Source: Massalongia carnosa (taxonomy: Eukaryota). Taken from it: 64,000 nucleotides of DNA. The stretch lies in the NCBI GenBank assembly GCA_965645245.1, contig OZ287074.1, positions 1,612,001 to 1,676,000 of the forward strand, given 5' to 3'. Below, piece by piece: positions 49,580 through 60,245 of the stretch (positions are counted from its first letter, which is position 1; every line of letters starts with the position of its first letter). Made by a program: the position numbers and the translations under genes. A model generated the notes under the pieces. The model was given only the letters and a program-made list of their open reading frames with translations, had not been told where the DNA came from and made no database searches.

Positions 49580-50799
49580 GAGTCCACAATCTCAGCGATT
49601 TCCTGTACTTTCGCTGGCCGGCTCTTCTTCTTCAGCTCACAATCTCTGGACAAATGTCCATGCTCCTTGCAAAAGAAACAACGACCTTCCCTGCTCAATC
49701 GTTCCTTTTCTTCATCCGTCATGTAGGAAGAGGGCCTGGGGGTCGAGGTCGTGATGGCGGGATGGGGAGGGATATATGTCTTGATGGTGGAGGCTGTCGT
49801 CGTCGTGGTCGGGGCGCTAGAAGTCGAGGCAGTGGTGTTGGGCCTTTTACTTTCTGCATAACTATCCATATTGGCCCTGCTTCGGTCCGATTCCTTGAGG
49901 TCTTGATACAAGCGCTGACACTTGTGCGCGAACTCATACAGATCGGTCGGTGCCTCGGCGCCGTTGGCCAATTGCCGATTCATTCCCCAAGAGAGCTTGT
50001 GCCTCAACTCACTAATTAGCGTAGCCTCGTTATGGTCTAGCTCAGCTGCCAGACGCTGAAACTCTGCCCAAAAGATGTTGAAGTCCTTGCTTCCTTGACG
50101 AAGAGCTCGAAAGTCGTTCATCGCAGTTTGTTTTCGATTGGGGTCGCCGTATGTGCGTTCCAATTGATCAAACATTTCCTCGGCCGTCAGAAAAGGCTTC
50201 ATCGCACCTTTCCGAAGTCGGGGTTCCGGGTGTCCCATTGCCTCTCCTCCTACCCGGTTCTCCAAGTATGCCTTCTTGAGCAGTTCCGACGGCATATGGT
50301 CATCATTGGCTGCTAGTTTACTCCGCATCTTTGTCAGCCAGTGGTCTATGGAGATTTCCTTTCCGTCGGTGAAGATGGGCGGGTCAGGCAGTTTCATCGA
50401 TCTATTCCTACTGTCGTCGCTGCGACGACTGCTACGGGAAGGCTCTCGCGTCTGCTCTCGGCTCGATTCCGTGCTGGCCCCGGGGGCCCGGCCTTGTAAT
50501 TCTCTGATTTCTTCTTTCTGGTAGGACACCACGCCCTCCAGCTGGTTCATTCTGGTCTGACATCCTTCGGCCATGTCAATGGCTCGGTTGCCTCGTTCCA
50601 CGGAGTCGTTGTATGATTCCTTAAGGTTTTGGAGCATGTCGGACACGGCCTGAGGGTCATGCTCCATCCATGCCTTCAGCTGTCTGAGGTTTACAATCAT
50701 CAGAGGCTCCGTTACCTCTAGTTCGTCCTCTGTCTCTCTAGTCTCGGGAATTATCGAGTCTCGGTGTCTTGGGACCTCGGTCCCAGTTGATCGTGCCAT
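49567..50799 (-). CDS. Gypsy-D gag, 410 aa
   Basis: Open ORF; KLPDPPIFTDG, LRQGSK, CFFCKEHGHLSRDC. Confidence 0.92.
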   Translation of the reverse strand: MARSTGTEVPRHRDSIIPETRETEDELEVTEPLMIVNLRQLKAWMEHDPQAVSDMLQNLKESYNDSVERGNRAIDMAEGCQTRMNQLEGVVSYQKEEIRELQGRAPGASTESSREQTREPSRSSRRSDDSRNRSMKLPDPPIFTDGKEISIDHWLTKMRSKLAANDDHMPSELLKKAYLENRVGGEAMGHPEPRLRKGAMKPFLTAEEMFDQLERTYGDPNRKQTAMNDFRALRQGSKDFNIFWAEFQRLAAELDHNEATLISELRHKLSWGMNRQLANGAEAPTDLYEFAHKCQRLYQDLKESDRSRANMDSYAESKRPNTTASTSSAPTTTTTASTIKTYIPPHPAITTSTPRPSSYMTDEEKERLSREGRCFFCKEHGHLSRDCELKKKSRPAKVQEIAEIVDSGKE

Positions 50800-50972
50800 G
50801 CTATAGGCTGATGTCTGATTATCGGTGTCTAGTATCTTAGGTTCAGTTTCGGTGGTCGTCTCGTGTCTTCAGTGTCTGATTCTCGGTGTCGGTATCAATA
50901 TCTTGTTTGTCAGGTGAATTCTTTTATATCCTTCACATGGGATAGCAGTTTGAAGTATGATCTTTATTGTAA

Positions 50973-51219
50973 TGTTACGGTCTACCTAGAGGCTAGTCAT
51001 AGGACGCCATGAACGAAAACAATAAAGATAAAGAGGAAAGAAAGACTCGAAAAGTCGGACTCGTTCCCTATAAAGCAACGCGCTCTCTAGTCCCCATTCA
51101 GTAAGGTCGCGAAAGAGTTTTCCGCGCTATCTCGTGACTCCTGCCGGCCGGCCGACAGGTCCGTCTACGGTTTCCGTAGGTGCTCGATTAGGCTTAGTTT
51201 CTAAAGGCAAAAGGTGACA
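50973..51219 (-). repeat. Gypsy-D 5' LTR
   Basis: TG...CA; upstream of gag on minus. Confidence 0.93.
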
Positions 51220-51375
51220 GTGTTAGTCTACACAATCATTTTAATTTAAGTTTGTTCGACTACTTCTATTCACGATGAAGCAGTTCTCCTTTCCTTTCCC
51301 CACTTTCATCCTTTCAGTTTTTATGTGCCGTTTACAATATTAAAACTTCGTGTATTGAGTTATTACTATCATAAA

Positions 51376-52864
51376 TTATGAAACATTAGACTCTTCCCCA
51401 GGTCTCCCCTTCACATTCCCCTCCTTCTCCTCCGTATCGATATGCCAAACGATGTAATTCGGCAAGCCAACGACTTGATACCCAGCCCGGTTGGCCATAG
51501 CCGCAAAACCTTCAGTATCGGCCTGGTTCTCGAAGGCGTAGCAGGGGAAGTTTATACCTAGATCAAGACAGTTAGAGTAAAGTAGCTTCTAATCAGAGGT
51601 AAATAGAGGTAATCATGGGAGCTGAAATATTTCACGAGGTGACCGACCCGATCTGTGAACGGAAGCTTTAACGAGAATACTGACGCCACCGATACCGTCG
51701 AGGTGCACTTCTCTGTCTGGGTCTTTGTGCCGATCGCCCATCCAATTTAGCGTGCGCCGGTGCATGTTGTATTCTTTATAGCCTTAAGGGGGGAATGCCT
51801 AAGTCAATGTGTAGATAATTCTAGACAAGGGTGAAATACCTTCAGCTAGAATGTCGTCTTTATTGAGATGGCGTCGCTTCCAGCGCCCCCACCAAGACTC
51901 TTGCCATGAGTTGTAATCGTCTGGCTGTCTGATAAGCAATCGTGTATGGGTTACCTGGAATGTCTGAAAGTAATACATCTACCCTCAATATCCTTGCCAT
52001 TTTGATCGTAACGATGAAACCATATATCTGCGCTCAGATCAATATTACTACTTGACCATAATGCGGTAATCACAACCTACTTGGAATCAAAACATCCTTA
52101 TCATGCTTCATAAAGTCCTCCAGAATACTGCTCGGATTCTCCACGATATCCACGTCCCTCCAATAAACCCAATCGTGCACACGCCTCAAAGCCGTGTAGA
52201 GGAGATAGTTCCTCGCACGTCCGATAGCCTTGCGCCGTGTCCCCTGGGCGTGGAAACTATGTCGCTCCTGGACGCTCTGGCCGGTAGAATCTCCGAAATC
52301 CTTTCTGATGACCATCGCGCTTCGGAAACGTTTAGGATTTGATTCGAGTTGGAGGCGAGCGAGTTCTGAGTTTAGTACAGACAGGGTGTCGTCTTTGCAG
52401 TCGCCAACTAGGAATGCTAGATCGATGGCTTGGTGGGGGTATGTCAGTTCTGAGAGTAGCGAGAAGTGTTGCTGTAGGTGGGACGCGGCGTCCCGCAGCG
52501 GCGTCAGGATGAGTACTCGATCGCGGGTCGTCGCGGATGTCGCGTTTTCTAGATTCATATACTCAATCGTGTCTGAGATTATGGTCAGCGGTTCGTGCGG
52601 ATTCTGTAGATCTAATATGAGTTCGGCGAATTTGTCATCTGCTCGCAGTTTCGACGGCGGTTGTAGAGATTCAACGCAATGGAACCTTTACCGTGTCAAT
52701 CATATAGCAAACGCGAAATCTAGAGTGGATTGTATAGTTGATCTAATTTACCTTTCCATGTATTCGTTACGTCGCCTCCAGGACTGAAGCGCTAAGAATG
52801 TGAGGATGGCGACAAGGAACAATCGAGTCAGTGAACGTCGGAAGCTTGATCTAAGTCGCTTCAT
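51376..52864 (-). CDS. Anp1/Van1/Mnn9-family (GT62) mannan polymerase subunit, ANP1/VAN1-like, 388 aa, 6 exons
   Basis: Exons 52864-52752, 52685-52081, 52027-51977, 51920-51840, 51782-51648 and 51557-51376, joined via GT-AG introns, give a 1167-nt open frame. N-terminal signal anchor; RVLILTPLRDA, LTYPH, WRDVD (DxD), YDYNSW, LDGIGGVSILVKASVHRSGINFP, TEGFAAMA, GLPNYIVWH. Exact paralogue not certain. Confidence 0.93.
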
Positions 52865-53331
52865 GCCTGTGGCGGACAAAGATTCACATCCTCAAAAGGC
52901 CGAGGAGACGATTAGTTGCTAGATTTTTAGCAGCCTGTCAGTTTGCGGGCTTTGCGAAAAGTCCATGTGGTCGCGGACATCGATTAATAATTCTCATGAG
53001 AAGGGCAGGGTGTCGAGCGGATAATCATTTACAGTATTTCAGTTGGCGCTTCTTGAATGATTATGCCCTTTTTGAGATTAGATTTTGCTTGTAGTGATCA
53101 TAAAGTGCTCTGTATCAATGTCTTGATGCCTATCTTATTTCTTATTGTGCAGAATCGTGCAGAGGCGAAAGCTTCGATGTCGACTAAATGTGAGCACATT
53201 TCATGTTCCAAGTTTGGAGGTTGGATCCAATGCAAAATAAGCCACACTTGGTGAATCAAGTGGAGCTCACAAAGTTTCTCCGTTTAAACGCTCTATCCGA
53301 GCCACCCACATCGCTCGGGTCGCCTCGCTTA

Positions 53332-53463
53332 GTGCTAGCCAGCCATACAACCCAACTCAGCCATACAACCCAATTCGTCAAATTTCAAGCATTTACCTTT
53401 CAACAATTTATCATCCATCACCACCATGCCTGAATCATATACCGAAATCGAAAGTCGCATTAC
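53332..53463 (+). mobile_element. 5' end of a Fot1/pogo-like DNA transposon (element X), truncated at Gypsy-F
   Basis: TA + GTGCTAGCCAGCCATACAACC terminus with repeated AGCCATACAACC, matching 61332; ATG at 53426 begins MPESYTEIESRI. Confidence 0.75.
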
Positions 53464-53911
53464 TGTCAAGGACTGGGCAGGGGATTGAACTAATGTTCCT
53501 AGGAATTGGATTGGGTGATCAAGATGTCTTTATTAATAAGGCTATAGCTAGGTGATGGATTGCTATACAAGACGTCGGACAAGGAGTCAACTATCTAATT
53601 AACTTGTCCTTCCTTTTATATTTGTCTCGAACCCCTTTGCATGAAGATTCCATCAGTGTTCATCTCCCCCTATTAGGAGACGTACGGCACGAAGGTTTGA
53701 CGAGGTGTTTGACGATAAAAGGTGGAGATGAGGTTCTCCTGTCGTTGGTACGCTTTGATGGTGATGGTACAGCTTTGACCTGAAGCCGTTGAGAGGGGTC
53801 TAAACTCGATTTAGTTAATGAGATTCTGACTAAGCTGAATAGAGGAACGGGAGCTTAGTCAGATTCATCTGCGGGATTGATTCTGGATCGGGTTGGTTCG
53901 ATTTCATGACA
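53464..53911 (-). repeat. Gypsy-F 3' LTR (448 bp)
   Basis: TGTCA...TGACA; near-identical to 59595-60041. Confidence 0.96.
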
Positions 53912-53951
53912 GTAGCTCCCCTTTCAAGAGCTGAGCTCCTGCGAAGCAGTT

Positions 53952-56900
53952 TTATTCATGACAGCGACATCGAGGAATGGAACAGGGGGTGAGATGTGGG
54001 CCGGATGCACCAGGATAGGCTTCGTGGAATTCGTCCAGAGCTTGTTGACAGTTGGTTAGTAGGTGAAATGGCTCCCAGGTGGGGGTATGTCCTTCCCAGT
54101 TGACGAAATACTTGAGAAGCGGAGGTTGATAACGTCTGTCCAGTTTCGAGTTCAGAATGCTGTTGACATACCATTCTCGCTGTCCATCTTCGGCTATTAT
54201 TGGGTCGCGAAGCTCGGGAATTTGTCCTGGGAGGGGGTCGTCTGCGTCGTGTTGTAGCAGATTTACATGAAAGACCGGATGAATTTTAACCGTGTCGGGG
54301 AGTTCCAGTTGAACAACAAGAGGGTTGGCGAACACCTTACAGACTCGGTAAGGACCGACATTTCGATCGTCCAGTTTGGCTGCCGGACGGGCTGTCTGGA
54401 TATTTCGGGTGTTCAGCCATACCATGTCTCCTACAAGATAACGAGGACAGGGACGGCGGTTCTCATTGGCGGAAGATTCGTATGAGGCCTGCGCGATCAA
54501 CATCTCTTCTCGTAGGTGAGTGTCTACGTCTCGCATCTTGTCTACGAATCGATTGGCGGCGATCAGGTTAGCGATTCCCTGGGCGGTCAGGTCTTGCGGA
54601 AGGGGCTCTTCGGGTTCGAATCCTACCCTGGGGTGTTGTCCATAATTAGCCAGGAAGGGAGAGGCGAGAATGCTGGAGGAGTCGGTGTTATTGCTGGAGA
54701 ATTCGGCACCGGGTAAGTACTGGGCCCAGTCATCTTGCATGTAATTGACGTATGCCCGAAGATAGTGTTCCATGGTTGCATTAGCCCTCTCGGTTTGGCC
54801 ATCTGTCTCGGGATGAAAACTGGTTGATAGCCTAGCATCAATTCTAAGCCGTTTACACATGATGTCCCAGAAATCGGAGGTGAATTGGGTGCCTCGATCC
54901 GAAATCAAGGCGTCTGGGAGACCGTGTAATTTCCATACATTTTGGTAGAAGGAGTTAGCAGCCTCTTCTACCTCCATGGAGGTGGTGGGGACGAAATGTC
55001 GCATCTTGGAAAGGCGATCGATGAAGACGAGGATATAACGATAGGTTATACCCATGAAGGTGCTCGGAGGCAGCGGACCTACGTAGTCCATGGAAACGTT
55101 ACGCCATCGACGTTCGGGTGGGGACAGAGGGCGTAGCCATCCTTGGTATCGTTGGCGGGATGGTTTGGATCGTCTACAGGTGTGACAGTTACGAATGAAT
55201 CGTTTGACGGTTTGATGCATACTGGGCCACCAGTATGATCGATTCATTAGTTCGTAGCATTTGGAACGACCGGGATGGCCACCTGCTACGCTGTCGTGTG
55301 CCTGTTGAATGAGACGGAGACGGAGCCGATCCGAATTGGGTACGTATCGACGGTTTCGAAAATAAAGAATCCCTTCTTTATCTTCACATTCGGCTAGCTG
55401 AATGCCGTTATGATATCTGACATTATTGCGAAGCATGTCTAGAACTTTCAGAGAGAATTGATCCTGTTCCAGAGCTTGTTCCCATAACAGCTGAGTTGGG
55501 ACGTCGGTCGGGTCTTGGCCAGGATTGGTTTGGTCGGCAGGCTGATCCAGCTGTGGTTCAGGTTCAATGAACTCGTGATCATGTTCAACGGACTCGGGAT
55601 CCTGTTCGATGAACGCGGGGGCTAGGATAATCGTGGATAAGAAACTTTTCGCCACTTCGTCGTCCAGGTTATGAGTTTTCAGGATGGTTTGATGCTGATG
55701 TTTATGTCTTTCATCAGTTTCATCCCCCTCTTTAGGGAGGTCTCCTGAGCGACGAGTCAGTGCATCTGGTTTTCCACCAGCTTTTCCGGGTCGATAGACT
55801 ATTTTAAAGTCAAATCGGGATAAGAATTCGGACCAGCGAGCTTGACGACGACTGAGTTGTTTGGTTGAAGCGAAGTATTCCAAATTCTTATGATCTGAGA
55901 TAACGCTGATAGGGTGAGCAGAACCTTCCAATTCCGGTCTCCATTCTTCGAAGCATCGGACGATGGCCATGAGTTCCTTGTCATAGATCTCATAATTGCA
56001 TTCGGCCGGGTTGTGTTTCTTGGAGAAGTATGCGATGGGGCGAAGCACGTTCTCGTTGTCATACTGAGAAAGGATACCACCAGAGACGTAGTCCGAAGCA
56101 TCGGTTTCCACGATGATAGGACGATCGGGATCGAAATGCATCAGTATTAGTTCCGAGGTGAAAGCTTTTTTTAGAGTTTCGAATGCCTGTTGACATTTGT
56201 CAGTCCATTGAAAGCTGACCTCCTTTTTGGTTAGATTCGTCAGTGGGCCGGCTATCTTACTAAAGCCGTATACGAATCGTCTATAGAAGTTAGCAAATCC
56301 CAGAAAGCTTTGTACATCTTTCATATTGATCGGTATTGGCCAATGAGTTACTGTTTCGATTTTAGCGGGGTCCATTTTGATTCCCTCGGTGGTTACGATT
56401 AGTCCGAGATAGGCAACTTCTGTGACATGAAATTTGCATTTGGTGATGTCTACTTGCAGCCCGGCTTCTCTCAGCTTGATGAGGATACGTTTGACGTGGA
56501 TTTCATGCTCGCCTTCAATTTCGCTGTAGATGAGAATGTCATCTAGATAGGCCGTGCAAAAGTCGTCGAGATACTCTCGAAGAGTATCATTGATGAAGTG
56601 TTGAAAGGAGGCGGGGCCGTTACAGAGGCCGAATGGTAGGACCAGGGATTCGAAGAGGCCAAAACGGGTTCTGAATGCGGTGAGTTCTTCATCTCCTTCC
56701 TTGATGCGGAGCCGATTGAACGCTGAAATAATGTCCAGCTTGGTGAATATCTTAGCCCGACTCAGGCGATTCAGGGTTTCGGTGATCAGGGGAAGCGGAT
56801 ACCGATTCTTAATCGTGATGGCATTGAGGCCTCGATAGTCGACACAGAAGCGAAGTCCTCCTCCTGGCTTTTTTACGAACATGACTGGGGAGGCAGCGGG

Positions 56901-58220
56901 GGATTTACTAGCTCGGATGAAGCCTTTCGACAGGTTCTCATCAAGGTAGCGTCGGAGTTCTTCGATTTCGGTTCGACTCATGCCATAAAGAGCTTGATTC
57001 GGGATTGGAGAGCCTTCTTTTAGCTTTATGGCATGGTCGTAGGGTCGGTGTTCGGGCAGGACGTCCGATTCTTTTTTGGAGAAGACATCCAGAAAGTCGT
57101 GATACTGTTTGGGTAGAAGGGGGGCTGGGTCGACGTTCTTTCGCTCACGATAAGCGTTCAGTTCTTCGGCGGTCACTGATGATTGCAGTGTCAAGGGTTG
57201 AGGTTCGGGTTCGGTCACTGAACATAACTGTGTCAGAGCCTGGTTCATACGGAACAGGGCTAAGTGATATTTCTTTTCACTAGGGCTGGACCGGGGGTTG
57301 GGTTGGTAGGTTGGTTTCGAGTGTGCCCAGTCAGTCTCTTGACGAAGGCGAGATTCGGGTTTGGGTTCAGGCTTAGGTTCAGGTTGAGTCAGGCCGAGAA
57401 AGTGATCGATTTCTTTCAAGGAGAGAGCAAACATCTCGTGACTCTTTTTTCGTCCGAGATAGTTGAAGTTGAGGGCGCCGATTTCACAGACGTCCAAAAC
57501 AGGAGGATTGCGATTCTGCTGGGCAGCATGTCGCTGAGTGGAGGTGCGATACGAAGAGGGACTTCGATATCGGATTTTCGGTGAGTCGCCCTGTTCAATC
57601 GCTTTTTCGATACGACTGATGTCCTGATTTTCGAGAGAAGTTGTCTTACTATCGCGCGGCGTGGTTTTATCGGACAGGACAGGTTTTTCGGACAGGATTT
57701 GACTATTGGACGAGTAGTTTTCCGATTCCCATACTTCCTGACTTTCCGCAGGAGATAGGAATTTCTCGCCCGTGTAGGCCTTCACCTTGACTGGATGAGG
57801 GCTACAATGAGCCAGGCAGAAAGAGGAAGACAGGGAGAGAGAGTTGGACTCGAAATCAGCGAGAGCTTGATGTCGTCGCAACCACGGGTGTCCCAGGACG
57901 ATGGGGTAGGTTTTCAGTTCTGTTACGAAAAGGAATAATCTTTCTACATGTCCGTTTAAGTTCATGATTACCTCGGCCACATGAGTGATATTTCCAGTCA
58001 GAGCCGGCTGACCGTCGAAGCCTTCAAGGCGTCGGGCGTATTTGAGGGGATGAAGGGGGATTTGGTGAGTTTGCGCAAACTTCTTGTCAATGAATGCATA
58101 GCCAGATGCACCACAATCAATCAGATTGGGAGCTTGAATTCGAGATCTACCTATACGTAAGATACATGATACCACTAGGTGGCTATCTCGAAACGCTTCT
58201 TCGGTTTCAAACAGCTCCAA
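53952..58220 (-). CDS. Gypsy-F pol (PR-RT-RH-IN-chromodomain), open; entered by -1 shift at ~58340
   Basis: 1422-aa ORF; LIDCGASG, YLDD, ETDASD, HHCC, SDRGTQF, GPY, EWYVNSIL. Confidence 0.96.
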   Translation of the reverse strand: MELFETEEAFRDSHLVVSCILRIGRSRIQAPNLIDCGASGYAFIDKKFAQTHQIPLHPLKYARRLEGFDGQPALTGNITHVAEVIMNLNGHVERLFLFVTELKTYPIVLGHPWLRRHQALADFESNSLSLSSSFCLAHCSPHPVKVKAYTGEKFLSPAESQEVWESENYSSNSQILSEKPVLSDKTTPRDSKTTSLENQDISRIEKAIEQGDSPKIRYRSPSSYRTSTQRHAAQQNRNPPVLDVCEIGALNFNYLGRKKSHEMFALSLKEIDHFLGLTQPEPKPEPKPESRLRQETDWAHSKPTYQPNPRSSPSEKKYHLALFRMNQALTQLCSVTEPEPQPLTLQSSVTAEELNAYRERKNVDPAPLLPKQYHDFLDVFSKKESDVLPEHRPYDHAIKLKEGSPIPNQALYGMSRTEIEELRRYLDENLSKGFIRASKSPAASPVMFVKKPGGGLRFCVDYRGLNAITIKNRYPLPLITETLNRLSRAKIFTKLDIISAFNRLRIKEGDEELTAFRTRFGLFESLVLPFGLCNGPASFQHFINDTLREYLDDFCTAYLDDILIYSEIEGEHEIHVKRILIKLREAGLQVDITKCKFHVTEVAYLGLIVTTEGIKMDPAKIETVTHWPIPINMKDVQSFLGFANFYRRFVYGFSKIAGPLTNLTKKEVSFQWTDKCQQAFETLKKAFTSELILMHFDPDRPIIVETDASDYVSGGILSQYDNENVLRPIAYFSKKHNPAECNYEIYDKELMAIVRCFEEWRPELEGSAHPISVISDHKNLEYFASTKQLSRRQARWSEFLSRFDFKIVYRPGKAGGKPDALTRRSGDLPKEGDETDERHKHQHQTILKTHNLDDEVAKSFLSTIILAPAFIEQDPESVEHDHEFIEPEPQLDQPADQTNPGQDPTDVPTQLLWEQALEQDQFSLKVLDMLRNNVRYHNGIQLAECEDKEGILYFRNRRYVPNSDRLRLRLIQQAHDSVAGGHPGRSKCYELMNRSYWWPSMHQTVKRFIRNCHTCRRSKPSRQRYQGWLRPLSPPERRWRNVSMDYVGPLPPSTFMGITYRYILVFIDRLSKMRHFVPTTSMEVEEAANSFYQNVWKLHGLPDALISDRGTQFTSDFWDIMCKRLRIDARLSTSFHPETDGQTERANATMEHYLRAYVNYMQDDWAQYLPGAEFSSNNTDSSSILASPFLANYGQHPRVGFEPEEPLPQDLTAQGIANLIAANRFVDKMRDVDTHLREEMLIAQASYESSANENRRPCPRYLVGDMVWLNTRNIQTARPAAKLDDRNVGPYRVCKVFANPLVVQLELPDTVKIHPVFHVNLLQHDADDPLPGQIPELRDPIIAEDGQREWYVNSILNSKLDRRYQPPLLKYFVNWEGHTPTWEPFHLLTNCQQALDEFHEAYPGASGPHLTPCSIPRCRCHE

Positions 58221-58330
58221 AGCGGAGGCTGCGGAAAAACGAGTGTTTGATTGAAGGGGGGGAGAAAACGAGTTGGCTAACAGACAAGAAGAAATTAAAA
58301 TAGGGCTCTGCGCGCGACGATGCGCAGAGT

Positions 58331-59524
58331 CTAGACGTTTCCCGAGTCGTCAGTCTCGGGAGTGAGGGTCGAGACGACTTCCATGTTGCGAAGGCGTTTG
58401 GTAGGCTTATTTGGACAGTCGGAGGCCGACCCGAGGTGTTGCAATTTGCAATAGAAGCACAGGTTCCAATTCTCGCAGATCTTCCTTACTCCCTCGGTTT
58501 TCAACGACTGACCTTTGACAGCCGCCATGGCCTGACTTAGGTCCATGGGGTCTCCAGCTGGGGGGAAGGCGGGGGTTGGGATCAATGGGGTGACCGTGCC
58601 CGTGACGACAGTGCGGGGGAAAGGGGCAGCAGGAAGGTTGGTGCCGTTTCTTCGATTGGCGGGAGCTGATGTGGCCGGAGTCGTGGCCTTGGGTGCCAGA
58701 TGACGGATCTGACGGATTTTCCGGTCCGTGCTTAACCACATTGCGACGTGCTCGTCGAAGGTGATTGGCTCCAGATTGGTGCCGGGGACTCGGTAGTGGA
58801 CGGCCGCGGTTTGAACGGAGTAGTTGATGTTTGCCTTCATGGCATCAATCAACGAAGCGTCTTCCATTCTGGATCGGTCTTTTTTCTGAGAGAAGAGAGT
58901 GTTGTACTCTTCGAAACTCAGAGAGCCCTGCTTGAGGGTTTCTCGAAGGTACTTACGGGCATCCTCTTGTTCGAAGGGGTTGCCGCAGGCTAGGCGAAGA
59001 GCAGAACGCCATTCGGAGAAGGTGGTGAGTCTACAAATGCCATCCACTCGATACGCATTCATAAGGTTGTGAGCTCGTTTCCCGATGGTGAGCCGATTCT
59101 CCGCGTATGCAATCTTGGAGGCATCGGTGGAGTATCGATCATGATTAACGTGCATCCGTTGAATCAGGCTCTGTTCCCAGGAGTCCAACTTGGCTTCATC
59201 TCCATCGTACTCGGAGATGTCGGGAAGTTTTTCGGAACGAAGATCGGTTTTGGACTCGGAATTCCGGGTCAAAAGGAGCTGCAGGAGGGCAGCTATCTGA
59301 GGGTCCATTGCCAGAACGGACGAGGGAGACGAGGTTGATGCTGGAGTGGGTATAGGGGGGTCGGGAGCTGGGGCGGCCTGCAACCGGGCCACCTCGTCTT
59401 GAAGTCGTCGTATTTCCGCGACGAATGCTTCAGGATTGGTTTGGAACTGGTTTTGAAACAACTTCACGTTCTCGTCGATGAGAGGATTTTGGGGGACGGT
59501 CATCTCTTCTGAAGACGAAGACAT
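58331..59524 (-). CDS. Gypsy-F gag, 397 aa
   Basis: Open ORF; SEKLPD, LKQGS, DPMDL, CFYCKLQHLGSASDC. Confidence 0.93.
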   Translation of the reverse strand: MSSSSEEMTVPQNPLIDENVKLFQNQFQTNPEAFVAEIRRLQDEVARLQAAPAPDPPIPTPASTSSPSSVLAMDPQIAALLQLLLTRNSESKTDLRSEKLPDISEYDGDEAKLDSWEQSLIQRMHVNHDRYSTDASKIAYAENRLTIGKRAHNLMNAYRVDGICRLTTFSEWRSALRLACGNPFEQEDARKYLRETLKQGSLSFEEYNTLFSQKKDRSRMEDASLIDAMKANINYSVQTAAVHYRVPGTNLEPITFDEHVAMWLSTDRKIRQIRHLAPKATTPATSAPANRRNGTNLPAAPFPRTVVTGTVTPLIPTPAFPPAGDPMDLSQAMAAVKGQSLKTEGVRKICENWNLCFYCKLQHLGSASDCPNKPTKRLRNMEVVSTLTPETDDSGNV

Positions 59525-59594
59525 GATGGTGGAATATGAGGGGGGACAGGGGCTAGTGCTATGAAAGGCACCTTTCGATGTAGGTCCGACGTAA

Positions 59595-60245
59595 TGTCAA
59601 GGACTGGGCAGGGGATTGAACTAATGTTCCTAGGAATTGGATTGGGTGATCAAGATGTCTTTATTAATAAGGCTATAGCTAGGTGATGGATTGCTATACA
59701 AGACGTCGGACAAGGAGTCAACTATCTAATTAACTTGTCCTTCCTTTTATATTTGTCTCGAACCCCTTTGCATGAAGATTCCATCAGTGATCATCTCCCC
59801 CTATTAGGAGACGTACGGCACGAAGGTTTGACGAGGTGTTTGACGATAAAAGGTGGAGATGAGGTTCTCCTGTCGTTGGTACGCTTTGATGGTGATGGTA
59901 CAGCTTTGACCTGAAGCCGTTGAGAGGGGTCTAAACTCGATTTTGTTAATGAGATTCTGAATAAGCTGAATAGAGGAACGGGAGCTTAGTCAGATTCATC
60001 TGCGGGATTGATTCTGGATCGGGTTGGTTCGATTTCATGACTTTGACGATAAAAGGTGGAGATGAGGTTCTCCTGTCGTTGGTACGCTTTGATGGTGATG
60101 GTACAGCTTTGACCTGAAGCCGTTGAGAGGGGTCTAAACTCGATTTAGTTAATGAGATTCTGACTAAGCTGAATAGAGGAACGGGAGCTTAGTCAGATTC
60201 AGCTGCGGGATTGATTCTGGATCGGGTTGGTTCGATTTCATGACA
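59595..60245 (-). repeat. Gypsy-F 5' LTR with duplicated outer (U3) 203 bp
   Basis: 59839-60041 repeated at 60042-60244. Confidence 0.95.

Larger units (their letters stand above)
35173..51219 (-). mobile_element. Gypsy-D: chromoviral Ty3/Gypsy, degenerate, outermost member of nest 2
   Basis: LTRs 35173-35428 and 50973-51219, TSD GTGTT; gag 50799-49567; pol fragments down to ~44640. Confidence 0.95.
53464..60245 (-). mobile_element. Gypsy-F: chromoviral Ty3/Gypsy with intact gag and pol; flanks do not form a TSD
   Basis: LTRs 53464-53911 and 59595-60245 (latter with a 203-bp tandem duplication); PPT GAAAGGGGAG; flanks ATTAC vs GGAAG. Confidence 0.96.

Noticed and set aside
52230..52787. 185-aa plus-strand ORF
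   Set aside because: Antisense shadow of the mannosyltransferase exons, with no recognisable motifs.
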